Made by a program: the position numbers and the translations under genes. The notes beneath the pieces were generated by a model. The model made no database searches. It saw only the letters and a list, made by a program, of their open reading frames with translations, and was not told the origin of the DNA. A stretch of DNA of 64,000 nucleotides from Trichoplax adhaerens (taxonomy: Eukaryota; Animalia; Placozoa), in the NCBI RefSeq assembly GCF_000150275.1, contig NW_002060943.1, positions 6,034,008 through 6,098,007 of the forward strand, written 5' to 3'. Numbering within the stretch: the stretch's first letter is position 1; each line of letters starts with the position of its first letter. Below are positions 13,001-27,127 of the stretch, piece after piece.

Positions 13001-15362
13001 AGCGATCATAACTCTTTAAACTAGAATTAATGATCTTACCTAAGAAGGTTACAGATATAGCACTGAGTTATTGTGGATACCAATAGTTTATTTGAATGGA
13101 AATCTAGCTGGACTATATAATTTTCGTTGCGCATGATAGCCACGGAGGAACTTAATGATAATAATCTTGATGCCTGGAGCATTACATGTCATGTCCAAGC
13201 AAAATATTTTATTTAGATTAAGATTACGATGAAATTTATTATTAACTGACGTATACCTCAAAGTATATTTTTATCAGTTATGAAATGATTTATGCGTAAT
13301 AATATTGACATTATATCGTAACGAAACAAGTTAAATCTGGGCATTAGAAGTAAATATCTAACGCTAAACGTTATGACAGCCTATTTATAGTAACCTACCT
13401 TTCCAACAGGAAATTTAGTAATCGACACCTTGCCCTTATCATCCCCAGTAAATACACGTGTACTTTGTTGATCCCAGCATAATGCTGTAATAGTTGCTCC
13501 TTGATGTTCTTTTTCTATGCATAATAGCTTTAACGTTGTGAAAAAGGAATTAAAGAGAGATCGACAGATTCAATCCCTTACTGGATGCATTTGTTTAATA
13601 GTATTCATTTCTTAGTCATGGCACAGCAGACTAGTCTTCTTTTAATAATGTAATCACTTCAAAAGTTGAACCAGCATACAGTAGAGTTATATCCAGACTG
13701 TGGTCTTACCTTTGGTTTTAATTTGGTGTTCAAATTGAGCTGCCAAATGTATATCAGGCCATCTCTGCAAGGAAAGAAATGTTATTTATGATCAATAATT
13801 GTTGTACCATCTTACAATTACGTCAGAGTAGATGTGTATAACAAAAAATGTGTAAATACTTGCAATTAGACGATTGCATATTACAATGAATTGCACTGAT
13901 CTGTAAGTAATTTCATAATACACTGCACAAATTTAACTTTGTGGTCGTAGCTAAAAATAATAGATTTATAGTACTAACCGGGTGCCTACGGCTGCATAGG
14001 CTTCATTAACTGATATCTTGACAACAGATGCACATCCTTTCATGTCTTTATGCGTCAGCAGTTGTCGGAATCGTACATTGGCTCTTCCAAAGCAGTAGAG
14101 TGCTGCATTGTTGGATCCCATGATGATATAACATCGTGAAACAGCCATACAGACATACTGTAAATCAAATAACATACGATCAGTTAACATTGGTTCAGAG
14201 TCTATTATCCTCACTTAAGCTTTACATTCGATAATGGCATCGTAATGAAGTTTCATTGTAATTCATTTAGATTAAATCATGGCACAGCAAAGCTATCGCA
14301 ATCGACAAAAACAAGTAATCAAGGTGGATTTAATAAATGATTGCTACTGCAAATTGATAATGCCAAATGAATTTATGCTTGTGCTCATAATATCCGATTA
14401 GTTAGATATCAATACTATTTTCATCATTATTCGTGTTGATTTTTATGCAAACAAAGTCATTAAGCGATAATGGTATATGGATGTATATATACCATCAAGC
14501 TTTAGCTTTATACCGTATGATGCCTGCTACAGATTTAATTATGAAAGAAATGGAAGTACTTCGGACTGATGATACAAAATCTTTGATAGAATGATCACTG
14601 CCATTACAATTGATAACCATCGAAAGTAATGAATGAGTTTATGTTTACGTACGTCCACACAGATAGTAATGCTAATTAAGTTGTCCGTTTGTTGAAGCTA
14701 TTGCATCTATATGAATATTTGGTCAATCATCCATACAGTACAGTGTAATATAAATTGATTATGGGCTGTTTTTTCTTAGGAATGACATCATACTTTTATT
14801 ACTAGTGGACATTATCCGTGCTTTGGTGCACTCTGTACTTTTATTTCCTTTCATTCTCTAAGAATGTATCATGACTAGATCTGAAAAAGGCTCAGTTCAA
14901 TTTAATGCTGTTGCTATTGGTCTAATCATGACTTTTATCGGTTATTACATTTTATGACGTCATGATGTAGTCCAAGATGGTTCCAACATGAGTGTAAAAC
15001 TCAAATTGAAATGTAGCGACGAGTGTGCAGTGTAGCCTGCAGGTTAATGACAGTACAGTTAGTTGACAATAAAATGAATTAATGATCGTAATTTTGTTGA
15101 CGATAATCACTATCCTAGAGAGGTGGTCTATTTAAGTACAAGTACAAACAGGCTTCGTAAGAGAGATGCCATCATTTCAATGTTCTGAACAGGCATGAAA
15201 TAGTAAAATACTTACTTTTGTCCGAATTGACGAGCGAATCGGTGTCATCAGTTCATCTAGCATACCTTGTTCGAAAAGTATGTAAGGCGTTGGACGATCA
15301 GTAGTTACTGTTGGATTGGCAACAGAACTTTCAGAATCAGAGTAGCCAACCGAAGAAGCCAT
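7087..15362 (-). CDS. HPS5: HPS5-like BLOC-2 subunit (beta-propeller, long acidic low-complexity insert, alpha-helical region, C-terminal RING-H2); multi-exon
   Basis: Spliced exons (e.g. 15362-15216, 14157-13979, ~13527-13399, ~13175-13019, ~12715-12613, ~11733-10300, 7445-7369, 7289-7087) encode ITALCWD..RVFTGDDKGKVS, IVQLD...KLLVST...CYICN, QVGKKPRNGMYGGCF and [26 protein letters not shown], characteristic of the HPS5/TECPR2 propeller family. No TECPR repeats were seen. Not every internal exon boundary was checked. Confidence 0.85.
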
Positions 15363-15757
15363 GATTGTTATCAACGAGAGATTGTTACTATGAAATTAAG
15401 CTTCAATCAATGGTTTAATCGTCGATATGACCAAGATATCAATAGTTTGGTCAATGGTGGTAAAATGAATTAGGTCATTGATCTCGCTTAGCCAAGCTGC
15501 TGCTAGCATCCATTACATCATTCTACAATACTGCTGAAATTGATGGGCTACTATTACAACAATACACCATCACAATCCTACATCCGTGTCAAGGTGCAAT
15601 CATCCACTATTGCCAATCTCTCTGAGTAATGCCACTACTTGTTGCAATAAGCTATAAGGAAATGCGTGATCGTTGATCGAAATTAACTTAGCAAGTTGGT
15701 TGCCATGCTTTCATCCTTGAAACTTTGATGGAGACTAGCCGGGTGCAAGTGAGCGCA

Positions 15758-15850
15758 CAGTAATACAGTAATACAGTAATACTGAACACAGAGTGGACAG
15801 TACAGTACAGTATGATAGTAAGTACTGTACACTGTACAGTGTAGTATACA
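15758..15850. promoter_or_regulatory. (CAGTA)-rich tract upstream of HPS5
   Basis: cagtaatacagtaatacagtaatac...cagtacagtacagta...tactgtacactgtacagtgtagta about 400 bp 5' of the ATG. Confidence 0.5.
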
Positions 15851-16086
15851 ATCCATTCGACCGAGAACATTTTCTACTGAACAGCTATGAAATTTTGGAC
15901 GATTTTGGAACATTGTACTCTTCCAACTACAGTACCGGACTGATTGTAAAGTATTGTACTGAGTCATTGCGCGTGATTTTCCTATGATGACCAAATGACT
16001 AAACAGTCCTTGGCGAGACGATAGTGACGCTGTCACACCGGTTGTGATTATAGTCGTGCATTGGACAAAATGATCTGCATGAAACA

Positions 16087-18605
16087 CACTGTCTCAACCT
16101 TGCTTGCATTCCTCGACTCATCAATAGCAAGGTAAACAAACCAATTGCATGACAGATTTTGCTTCTAGTCATCTACTCCAATGATGATGAACATTTGATA
16201 CTCCATCAATGGATATCAACATTGTAGTTGTCTACAGGTCCGACTAGTAAATCCTGTAGTAAAATAATCCAGTCCGAGATTCTAATCATACACAGTCTCT
16301 GCTTGCATTCCTCGACTCATCAATAGCAAGGTAAACAAACCAATTGCATGACAGATTTTGCATCTAGTCATCTACTCCAATGATGATGAACATTTGATAC
16401 TCCATCAATGGATATCAACATTGTAGTTGTCTACAGGTCCGACTAGTAAATCCTGTAGTAAAATAATCCAGTCCGAGATTCTAATCATACACAGTCTCTG
16501 CTTGCATTCCTCGACTCATCAATAGCAAGGTAAACAAACCAATTGCATGACAGATTTTGCATCTAGTCATCTACTCCAATGATGATGAACATTTGATACT
16601 CCATCAATGGATATCAACATTGTAGTTGTCTACAGGTCCGACTAGTAAATCCTGTAGTAAAATAATCCAGTCCGAGATTCTAATCATACACAGTCTCTGC
16701 TGGCATTCCTCGACTCATCAATAGCAAGGTAAACAAACCAATTGCATGACAGATTTTGCATCTAGTCATCTACTCCAATGATGATGAACATTTGATACTC
16801 CATCAATGGATATCAATATTGTAGTTGTCTACAGGTCCGACTAGTAAATCCTGTAGTAAAATAATCCAGTCCGAGATTCTAATCATGCACAGCCTCTGCT
16901 TGCATTACTCTACTCATAGTCAATGATAATGTAAACAAACCAATTGCGTGAGAGATTTTGCTTCTAGTCATCTACTCCAATGATGATGAACATTTGATGC
17001 TCCATCAATGGATATCAATATTGTAGCTGTCTACAGGTCCGACTAGTAAGTCCTGTAGTAAAATAATCTAATCCAAGATTCTAGTCATACACAGTCTCTG
17101 CTTGCATTACTTTACTCAGTCACATTCAACGATGGTGTAAACGAACCAATTGCATGAGAGATTTTGCATCTAGTCATCTACTCCAATGATGATGAACATT
17201 TGATACTCCATCAATGAATATCTGCTTGCATTACTCTACTCATAATTAATGATAATGTAAACAAACCAATTGCATCAGACATTTTGCTTCTAGTCATCTA
17301 CTCTAATGATGATGAACATTTGATACTCCATCAATGAATATCAATATTGAAGCTGTCTACAGGTCCAATTAGTAAGTACTGTAGTAAAATAATCTAATCC
17401 GAAATTCTAGTCATACACAGTCGCAGCTTGCATTAATCTACTCAGTCATAATCAACGACGGTGTAAACGAACCAATTGCATGAGAGATTTTGCATCTAGT
17501 CATTTTACTCAAACGATTATGGACATTTGATACTCCATCAATGGATATCAATATTGTAGTTGTCTACAGGTCCGACTAGTAAGTCCTGTAGTAAAATAAT
17601 CTAATCCAAGATTCTAGTCATACACAGTCTCTGTTTACATTACTCTACTCACTCACAGTCAACGACGGTGTAAACTAACCAATTGCATGAGAGATTTTGC
17701 ATCTAGTCATCTACTCCAATGATGATGAACATTTGATACTTCATCAATGGATATCAATATTGTAGTTGTCTACAGGTCCGACTAGTAAATCCTGTAGTAA
17801 AATAATCCAGTCCGAGATTGTAGTCATACTGTACACAGTCTATGCTTGCATTACTCTACTCATAGTCAATGACAATGTAAACAAACCAATTGCATGAGAG
17901 ATTTTGCATCTAGCCATCTACTCAAACGATTATGGACATTTGATACTCCATCAATGGATTGTAACTATCTGCAGGACTGACTAGTAAGTAGTCAAACCAT
18001 CTAACCCAAGATTATAGTTATACACAGTCTCTTCTTGCGTTACTTTACTCAGTCACAGTCAACGATGGTGTAAACAATCAAATTGCATAAGAGAGTTTGC
18101 ATCTAGCCATCTACTCAAACGATTATGGACATTTGATACTCCATCCATGGATATCAATACTGTAACTATCTACAGGACTGACTAGTAAGTAGTCAAACCA
18201 TCTAACCCAAGATTATAGTTATACACAGTCTCAGCCTGCGTTACTTTACTCAGTCACAGTCAACGATGGTGTAAGCAATCAAATTACATAAGAGAGTTTG
18301 CATCTAGCCATCTACTCAAACGATTATGGACATTTGATACTCCATCAATGGATATCAATATTGTAACTGTCTATAGGACTGAGTAGTAAGTAGTAAAATA
18401 ATCTAATCCAAGATTCTAGTCATACACGGTCTCAACCCTGCTTGCATAACTCTACTCAGTCATAGTCAATGACGGTGTAAACAAACAAATTGCATGAGAG
18501 ATTTTGCATCAACTGAAATGATTACAATATAAATATTTGCATCAATGGATATCAATATTGTAGCTAACAACAGAACCGACTAGTAAGTAGTAAAACAATC
18601 CAATC
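16087..18605. repeat. Tandem satellite array, ~13 units of ~199-209 bp
   Basis: cacagtctctgc recurs at 16291, 16490 and 16689 (exact 199-bp period), with variants at ~16888, 17090, 17416, 17624, 17833, 18023, 18225 and 18423; one truncated unit near 17090-17220. Confidence 0.97.
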
Positions 18606-20586
18606 TAGAAGACTTAAAAGCGCTGAGGAATAAGTATGCACTTTTAAGAGGAGCGACGTAAACTTGTAAGAAGATGACTAATAGTATCGTCCAAAATGCA
18701 GCAGCTCTGTCACTAGCTGAAACCGCGACATCCGTTATAGCATTACTTTACATAATTATAATCCACTAGCGTAAAAACGGCACGCAATCGATCTGCATAA
18801 AATTAAGAAAAAATAGTCCATATTTCAATATTTTATACAATCTGTTACGTAGCAATTGTTCAGTTCTCATAGAAAGGACGGGTAGAGTTAGATCATGGTA
18901 TTGAAGCGTTATCATACTTGAAAATAACATTTTCGATGGCCTCTTCAACTAAATGAACGAGAGTCCCATTGAAAACTGTTTCAAAACTGATTTCTGCCTA
19001 TCATGTCGGTTTTTATACAAAGCTATTCCTTACTATAAACTGGCTCTAGTTTGGTCTGATCTGCAGTTTAGTATGAGAGAACCAAAACAAGGGATTTATA
19101 TTATATTTTATTTTATAATCAACCAACAAAATAAAATATCAAATCTTTAAATGATAGCTTGGAGTATTGAAGAAATATCAAAAGAGATTGCATGTAGGCT
19201 CTATTTTAGTAAAAGCAGATAGTTAAAATATCAAATGATTTACAAAGCGTTATCGATATAAGCGCTATTAGTGCTGTAATAGCAGAATCACCAAATGCTC
19301 GGATAAATGTCGTCTACAAACGACTTGGAAGCACGTAGACCAGCTAGAAGCCTCGTTTTATTCTTGAATACTGTACCTATCTAGTAGCTCATTTGGATTA
19401 ATTCAAATGCCAGTAAAAATGTTCCTTTGTGTATTGTTTCCACTACATCATATTATACATTAGTAGAAAGAGACCTAGACGACATATACTAAACGCATGC
19501 AAATTATATCTTAAAACAAATACGGTACTCTAAGTAAAAGTAAGCGGCTAAAGCCTCTATTCACTTTTATAAGTAAGTATACTCAATAGGCTTCAAAGAA
19601 AAGACAGCTTCCGAACGGCTTACTCTTAGTCATGAATCGATATTACATTAACGAATGATCATTATTCAATAAAAGATTCCTACGCACAGACACTAGGTTA
19701 CGGCCCATAGCTGGAAATAAAATAAGGACATTGACAGCAACTGCTCTTATAAGACAGCAATTATTTTACTATTTAACTTAAAATAGTATCATTTATTAAT
19801 AGTTATTTTAGGGCATAGATATCGTAGTCCATCATTTCTTAATAAATAAGTAGAAGATCAGCCGACCAATAGACATTACTAAGGACAAACAACAAAAGAC
19901 TCCCTAGTTGCCATTGTGAACACATTAATATCGAAAATCCTTCAGAATTGTCATCCACATGGTGTCCACTGTTTATGAAAATTTTTAATTAAATACATAC
20001 AAAACTTCCTATTTCTATTTCTTCAAGAAAGCCGTGAAACTTGAAATGCAGAATTGGATACATTGTTGAGTCCTAGTAGTTTAAGCATGATCTAATAGTA
20101 TGCATGCTGTAGTGACCGGCGCTGTTAACAATTTAACCGCTACTTATTTGAAAGCCATCTATTCCCAGCTGTTGCGCTTCTTCCTATAAATAAAATGATA
20201 CTAATCAAGTTACAAGTTTAAACAGATAGAGTACATGTGCGAGTATATGTACACAAAGGTACAACGATTTTTATCCGCTACGCTAGTCATCCTAAGGATT
20301 AAAAGTAAATCTCTATAAGGTCAATTAAGCCTAAGTAAGAGCGAGTTGAACATGACCCCAGAAAGGTAAAAAAAAACGTTAGAAACACCGTCCAGTGGTT
20401 CTACAGTAATGTTATTCTGGATATAAATTATTATACAAGATCGTAACTTTAGCATTGCTATATGCTAAATACACTAGTATCTCTTTACTCTGGCCTTCTT
20501 TATTACTATTGTCAAAATTTAATAATTATTCAAGTCCCTAGCTATCGTATACTATCATCGGTGATAATAATTGCTGATAGCCAAAA

Positions 20587-22005
20587 ATGAAGATTCTTAC
20601 AATCAAAAGATCTCGTACCGTCAATATACTTAGCAGCATTTTGTTATTAATGTTATTTATGCAATTACATAAAATGTTTACTGATCGCCAACTCATAGAC
20701 CAAGCTAAAGATTGGATCTATAAATCGCATCAAGTTTCTCCAATCAATTTAACTATCTTAAGCTATAATGGACAGCGGCGAAATGTCCATGCAACTCCTG
20801 GTATAACGGTCAAAACCATGACGAGAGATAAAATTCCTCAATTACCACTTTATCCCCTCCAAACCAATCCAACCTACTATGGCAGTATGTTTAATACTAT
20901 GGAACGACAACCAAATTGTCAAGATCTATCTCATCGATCAGCATCAGAAATTAATTATGTCCGGGAAGCATTTCGCTTGCATCAAAATAGAACGTTTCTA
21001 TCGAATGAACTTTTAGCTAAAGAAACCCAATATTGTCAAAATCCAATTTATCAATCTTATCCAAATATATCACTAAGTCAGGAAGAGAAAGAGTATCCAA
21101 TTGCATTTACTTTAACTGTCCATAAGAATGCTGAACAAGTTGAAAGATTATTACGCAGTATTTATATGCCTCATAATTATTACTGTATCCATGTAGATAA
21201 CAAATCATCGCCAGCGTTTACACAAGTAATGATGAACTATGCTAAATGTTTCCGTAATATTATTGTATTCAATTTAATTTCAGTTATACCAACGACCTAT
21301 TCGCGAATACAAGCTGATCTATACTGTATGGAAGCACTTCTTCTTCATCATCACAATTGGAAATACTGGATTAATTTATCCGGCGATGATTATCCATTAA
21401 TGACAAATCGAGAATTAGTCCAATATCTAAAAACACTAAATGGCCAAAATGATATTGAAACTTTAGTTGCTGCTCATTTAAAATCGAGATATCAATATCA
21501 TTACTATTTATCAAAAAGTGGACAATATTTACCAAGTACTAGATTTAAATCCCCAATATCGTTAAATAATGTTAGAATTTATAAAGGCGGATCATTTATC
21601 GCGGCTACGTATGAATTTTGTCAATTTGTTATGAGTAATATGACAGCAAAAGCAATCTTAAACTACTTTAATGATACTTTTCTACCTAGTGAAAATATCT
21701 GGGCAACATTGCAGCGAATCGACGGTGTTCCAGGTTCAATACATTTCAATCAATCATATCGAACTAAAGCTGTTTCATCAAAATCTCGCCTAACTAATTG
21801 GGGATCAACACATTGTTACGGCTGGTGGAGAAAGGGTCAATGTACTTATTCAGTAGGAGATTTAAGATGGCTATTTGATAAAAATCATCAACACTATTTA
21901 TTTGCATCTAAATTCGATATTAGGAGAGATCATGTTGTAATGGATTGTATTGAATTAGATAGAAGAAATCGCATGAAGCAAGAAATCGCTAGCACAACGT
22001 TTTAA
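20587..22005 (+). CDS. GCNT: Core-2/I-branching beta-1,6-N-acetylglucosaminyltransferase (GT14, GCNT-like), single coding exon
   Basis: 472-aa ORF: N-terminal TM anchor, LSQEEKEYPIAF..VHK, ERLLRSIYMPHNYYCIHVD.KS, SRIQADLYCM..LL, WKYWINLSG.DYPL.TNRELV, PSENIWATLQR..GVPG, C.G...C.YSVGDL.WL, LFASKFD. Confidence 0.95.
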   Translation: MKILTIKRSRTVNILSSILLLMLFMQLHKMFTDRQLIDQAKDWIYKSHQVSPINLTILSYNGQRRNVHATPGITVKTMTRDKIPQLPLYPLQTNPTYYGSMFNTMERQPNCQDLSHRSASEINYVREAFRLHQNRTFLSNELLAKETQYCQNPIYQSYPNISLSQEEKEYPIAFTLTVHKNAEQVERLLRSIYMPHNYYCIHVDNKSSPAFTQVMMNYAKCFRNIIVFNLISVIPTTYSRIQADLYCMEALLLHHHNWKYWINLSGDDYPLMTNRELVQYLKTLNGQNDIETLVAAHLKSRYQYHYYLSKSGQYLPSTRFKSPISLNNVRIYKGGSFIAATYEFCQFVMSNMTAKAILNYFNDTFLPSENIWATLQRIDGVPGSIHFNQSYRTKAVSSKSRLTNWGSTHCYGWWRKGQCTYSVGDLRWLFDKNHQHYLFASKFDIRRDHVVMDCIELDRRNRMKQEIASTTF

Positions 22006-24655
22006 GAGTATGTTTTTCCTGGTTTTGTAATCATGATTGATAATGTTTTAAATTTTATTTCTAATTAATTAGAAATTAGCTATTATTCCTATCGCTAGTC
22101 CATGATTACTACAGATACAGCGTCAGATAACTATTTCTAGCATGATACCAAGTTATAACCTATATACGTATGATAGCTTACCATGTTTTTTATCTATCGA
22201 ATATGATTGCACTATCTACCACTAGTAAGTTCTTTCAAGAATATAGAGTCACTGAAACAGATATGTATTTCGTATCCATTAAACTTATTCTATCTATATT
22301 AAACCAGATATCGAAATGGATACGGTCAATGATGCAAACATTGGAATATTCTTTTCAAGTATTTGAGCTAACTCTTCGATCGAAGTTGGACAAAAACTAT
22401 CCTGTAGTTAAAAATCTGGCTGTAAAATTAATCATTCTTACTAAAAATTTGGATCACTAGACACTATACTATTATATCTTAGATCATATTCTATAAAAAG
22501 TATTATTGAGAGAGTCTGTACCTTCATTTCTACTTTATCTATAGCAATATGCTGCACTTATTTATTTCATCAATCGTTATCGACGAATCTATCTTATGGT
22601 TTGAAAGGGTTAACCATTACTTAAATCTTTAGCCTCGTCTGCAATCAAGCTTTTATCGCTTAGACTCTCTTTGTAACTGCTTTAATTTAACAAGATTTAA
22701 ATTTCGCTAGCTACGATGCTTTTTTTCAATTTCGTCAGTTGACATCTAATAATTGCTCTAGCTAAGTTTATATATTGTACTTAGTGTACCATTATGTAAC
22801 CTACAGATACGTTTTCTTGTAGGTTTTTATAATTTGTATGTTACTTTTTATTGCTACTGTTAAGATATTTTGAATTCATATAATAAAAGTATACCCTGCT
22901 GACCCTACTAGCTAATTTCTAAAGATTTTTCTACCTTTAAATTCATCATTTCGTACGGAATTCTACGAGAAACTATCATACCAGCCTATAGCAATGTTTA
23001 GTATTACGTGTTGTAACTTAAATTTACTTTTATAGCCACTCCTATTTCAGATCATTTCGACGATACAAGTATTATTTACAATATCAATATCGACGTGAAT
23101 AAATGATATTTCATAAATTCTAAGATTTAACTACAATATATATAATACATTAAGCTACAATTAGCTATCATTATCTAAAACTATAGCCACATTTATTACA
23201 CCTTTATGTTATTATAACTGACGGATCACATTTATTTGCACTTTCGCAAAAGATACTACATTGCTTCGTAAGTTAGAATATACGAATTGAAATCTAATTT
23301 TTTCTATAGCTGCAATTAGCAATTAGAATCATGTACCTTTTAGATCGAACTTTAAAATATAGTTTTATATTAATATTATAAACAATAAGGCTACTTCAAA
23401 GATAACTGAAGAGGATAAATGATGTCAGATCATCGATAAAATAAATTAATGCAGTTCTGTAATAAGAGTTGAGAAAAAATGCCTACTAAATCGATATGGG
23501 CGTAAATGCTTCAGAGTACATATGACATATTTCTGGATATGAACTACGAAGAAAATTATCATGTTTACTGTTATACAACAGATTTAGATAACTTCTTTAC
23601 TTAATTTTTAGTAAATATCAAGCAGGTAATACATAAAAATATACAGTATATTACTGTGCATCACTGTGCAAATGTGCATAGTTAGATGGCTTATTCAGTT
23701 AATTCTTAAGTAAGCATTAGGCAACTAATATACATACACAAATATCGTATATAATACTACGTATCATTCCTGATAGTAACTACAGTATAAGTACACGCAT
23801 ATTCACAAAGTTATAAACTATTCTCTAATCCCTTTCTTTCGACAAATTGTTAATTTAATCATTATAAATAATTAACTCCTGAACACATTATACCAAACAT
23901 CCATAAGATTTTCGTACTAGCGCATTTTTGATTTCAACTTAGAGGCTATACTTTTACTTTTACCGCTATAAAGTCGAATAATACACTCCAGTTAAACTAC
24001 TTTGCAGCTACCATCTTGATCTATCTGTTACTAAATTAAGAATTGTTAAGGTATCTACAACCATCATGTACTGAAGTTACAGTTATTAAAGAGATCGAAA
24101 ACATGATCGACATGTACGAAAGCGTACATCAAGTATGATGTGAATAGAATCTATTAATAGAAACTATGTTAACTTACTATCGGGACACGTATGTTGCGAA
24201 ATTAATCAAGCCATATAATTATTGGGCTATTATGAACAGTGCGAAGTTAAATAATTAAAAACATTTAGTAAATACGTTTATCTATTATCATATTGAATTT
24301 TAAAGAGTAAAAATAGAATTTTTACACATTTTTGAATACCAAAGGCAACGAATTCAGCTTTGGCTAGAAAGAAAATATCAATATATTTAGGATTATTAGA
24401 TTAGTATTGACCAAAGTTAGCATTTTAAAATGAAGATGCTGCATAACATCCAGTACAGTACTAAACTGCATGTAGTAGAAATCGCTGACTATGTGGAAGA
24501 TTATTAGTAGCTGTTAGTGAAATATATGCGATTTACTTCATGTCAATAAGGAGAGAAAACGTTAGATAAATGCAAATAAAGAATTGATATTCTAAACAGT
24601 AATAATTATTTGGCTATAGGTATCAAATACATATTTTACTTATTTCCAACGCGAA

Positions 24656-25732
24656 CTAATTAGTAGTTTTTACTGTCTTATTTTGATTATAGCCAGCTAC
24701 ATCTACTGCAATCATGTTCACACGATTAGAGAAAACACATTTGCGTAGAAGCGTCCTAAAATCACGAAATCGAAATATTAAGTAAAGCAATGGATCGATA
24801 GCAGTATTGGAAAATGGAAGCATGCCAATCGCTTTTCTTATTTTACTTGGAATAATTATCTTATTAATATTATCATAAATAGCAGCTCCAGCAATAACGT
24901 AGAAACTAAACACGCTTGTTAACGCGATAAAAGTCAATGTAATCTGAAGTCTTTTATCAAATACAGATCGGAATTGTGACCTAGAAATTGTTGTAGATTT
25001 TCTTAACGTAACTATCATATGTATATACAATATAAAAGCAGTTGTATAAGCTATGAGAATGTAAAGTAATTCCAATAATCCGAGAATAAAATAAATCTGC
25101 TCCAAATCATACAACCCAAGACATAAGTTTGAAGTTCGTTCAAAAGTATAAGGGGATAGTTTCCTCTTTCCAATATTATCAAATACAACTATACCGGCCG
25201 CTATAATAATACCAGCAATCCAAATGATACTAGTCAGAATTTTACTCTTTTTAATGGTTAGCTTTCTTCTATTATACGGGTAAACAATTAGCATGAAGCG
25301 ATCGACCGCAATAAGAAGCGTCAATGTAGATGACATACACAAATAAATCTTTGAAAGAAATTGTGCGAAGCTGCAAGCCGTAGTCTTAAACCATTCATTT
25401 TTTATTAAAGAATAACTTACATTAGCCAAATGCTGATACTTATGTTGATAATATTGAGTGTAATAAGCATCAGAAATAACTATTATTGTAATATAAGTAA
25501 CACCAATAAGATCGCAAACTAATAAATTGAAAAGTAGCCATAGTGAAGGTTTTCTCATATGTTCGCAGCGGTCTCTTCCAATTGCAGGAAGCTTACATGT
25601 AAAACATTCCGATATAATTATATATCCAATTAGAAAGAGATTTATGGGTAAACCAATTAGAACAACAGTCAGAGCTATGATTCGCGAAGAATCACTATTC
25701 ATAAAGGGAGAATATAAGCTGAAGTTGGACAT
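24656..25732 (-). CDS. Intronless class A GPCR, LGR/GRL101-like 7TM without ectodomain (copy A, 358 aa from MSNFS)
   Basis: 7 hydrophobic segments, NLLVCD (D2.50), W...C (TM3), DRF, ECL2 NLC, NTAIDPLLY. The real ATG at 25732 gives the same length as the paralog; the ORF track starts upstream at a non-ATG codon. Confidence 0.92.
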   Translation of the reverse strand: MSNFSLYSPFMNSDSSRIIALTVVLIGLPINLFLIGYIIISECFTCKLPAIGRDRCEHMRKPSLWLLFNLLVCDLIGVTYITIIVISDAYYTQYYQHKYQHLANVSYSLIKNEWFKTTACSFAQFLSKIYLCMSSTLTLLIAVDRFMLIVYPYNRRKLTIKKSKILTSIIWIAGIIIAAGIVVFDNIGKRKLSPYTFERTSNLCLGLYDLEQIYFILGLLELLYILIAYTTAFILYIHMIVTLRKSTTISRSQFRSVFDKRLQITLTFIALTSVFSFYVIAGAAIYDNINKIIIPSKIRKAIGMLPFSNTAIDPLLYLIFRFRDFRTLLRKCVFSNRVNMIAVDVAGYNQNKTVKTTN

Positions 25733-26393
25733 TCTTAAAATGAAACTCCGAGACGTAACATTAAATTTCGAAAAGATGGTTATAAAAGAATGCAGCAATT
25801 GTTAGAACAAAGCTGCACGTTTACTTTCTTACGATTTTTATTATAAATACCCTTTCTCTAGTCATGATCAAATTAAATTTTAGCACCATCTATAAAAACG
25901 TCATTAAATCTTTATTTAGTTATGGCTATTATCTAGCTATATCATATTTGAAATTTATGGCATTAATAAATCAATTATTTTGATCCTTTCATTGTCTAAC
26001 CACTTTTATACCTATTCAAATAACTAAACATACAGTAAATAATATACAGTAGTTTATAAACGTCATTTTACCGGTGAAGGAAAAAAGTTTTTATCAACGT
26101 AAGCAGGCATTGATGAAATTGAGACGGAGCGATGTGAAAAAGAATGAGACCATACTATGCTTAGGAGAAACAATCATTTTATATCAAGGTTTATGATTTA
26201 AATTTTGTACAAGGGTACTGTTTATTATAATCACAGAATTCATAATTAAAATAATGCACTATAGGTTTATCATAGTTAAGAATTCAAGCAATTTACTGTG
26301 ATAAATCCTGTGTTTAGTGAATATTAAAATTAAGCCTTGACTTATTATTTATTATGTTTACATATGTATATGTTAACGGCAATTTGCGAAATC

Positions 26394-26443
26394 AGGCATC
26401 TTGCAAAATACTTGAAATACTTTAGGTATTTTGCAAAATGCCT
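26394..26443. repeat. 23-bp imperfect hairpin near the centre of the palindrome
   Basis: aggcatcttgcaaaatacttgaa-atac-tttaggtattttgcaaaatgcct (3 mismatches). Confidence 0.85.
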
Positions 26444-26636
26444 ATAATGAATATCTGTATTTGAAACCATTTACATTTATATTATTTAAATCATGTCTCT
26501 ATACCGTATATAAATTCTCTAGACAAATAACGAGGTAGTATAGACATCAATGCAGAGATAATAAATAATAAGTCGGAATTCATTTTTAATATGTTAAGCC
26601 AATAGATTGAGGTAGCACGTGTGAGCAATTATTCTG

Positions 26637-26706
26637 NNNNNNNNNNNNNNNNNNNNNNNNNNNNNNNNNNNNNNNNNNNNNNNNNNNNNNNNNNNNNNNN
26701 NNNNNN
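26637..26706. other. Assembly gap (70 N)
   Basis: Run of n. Confidence 1.
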
Positions 26707-27127
26707 GCTTCTCGTATATTCTCATTCCTTTTTATCGCTTCGTCTAGACTTCATCAATACCTGCTTATGTTAATAAAAACTTTTTTATTAACAATAAATC
26801 GACGTTTATACTATATTATTTCCTGTATTTATAGCTTCTTGAATGGGAGTAAAAATGTTAGGATAATAAAAGAATCAAAATAATTGATTTATTAATGCCA
26901 TAAATTTCAAATATGATATAGCTAGATAATAGCCATAACTAAATAAAAGGTTTGTTGATGTTTTTATTGATGGTGCTGAAAATTTAATTTGATCATGACT
27001 AGAGAAAGGGTATTTATAATAAAAATCGTAAGAAAATAAAAGTGCAATTTTGTTCTAATAACTGCAACGTTATTTTATAACCATCTTTTCGAAATTTAAT
27101 GTTACGTCTCGGAGTTTCATTTTAAGA

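Noticed and set aside
16087-18605. Repeat array as CRISPR or coding repeat
   Set aside because: No unique spacers, eukaryotic context, 199-bp unit not a multiple of 3, no long ORF.
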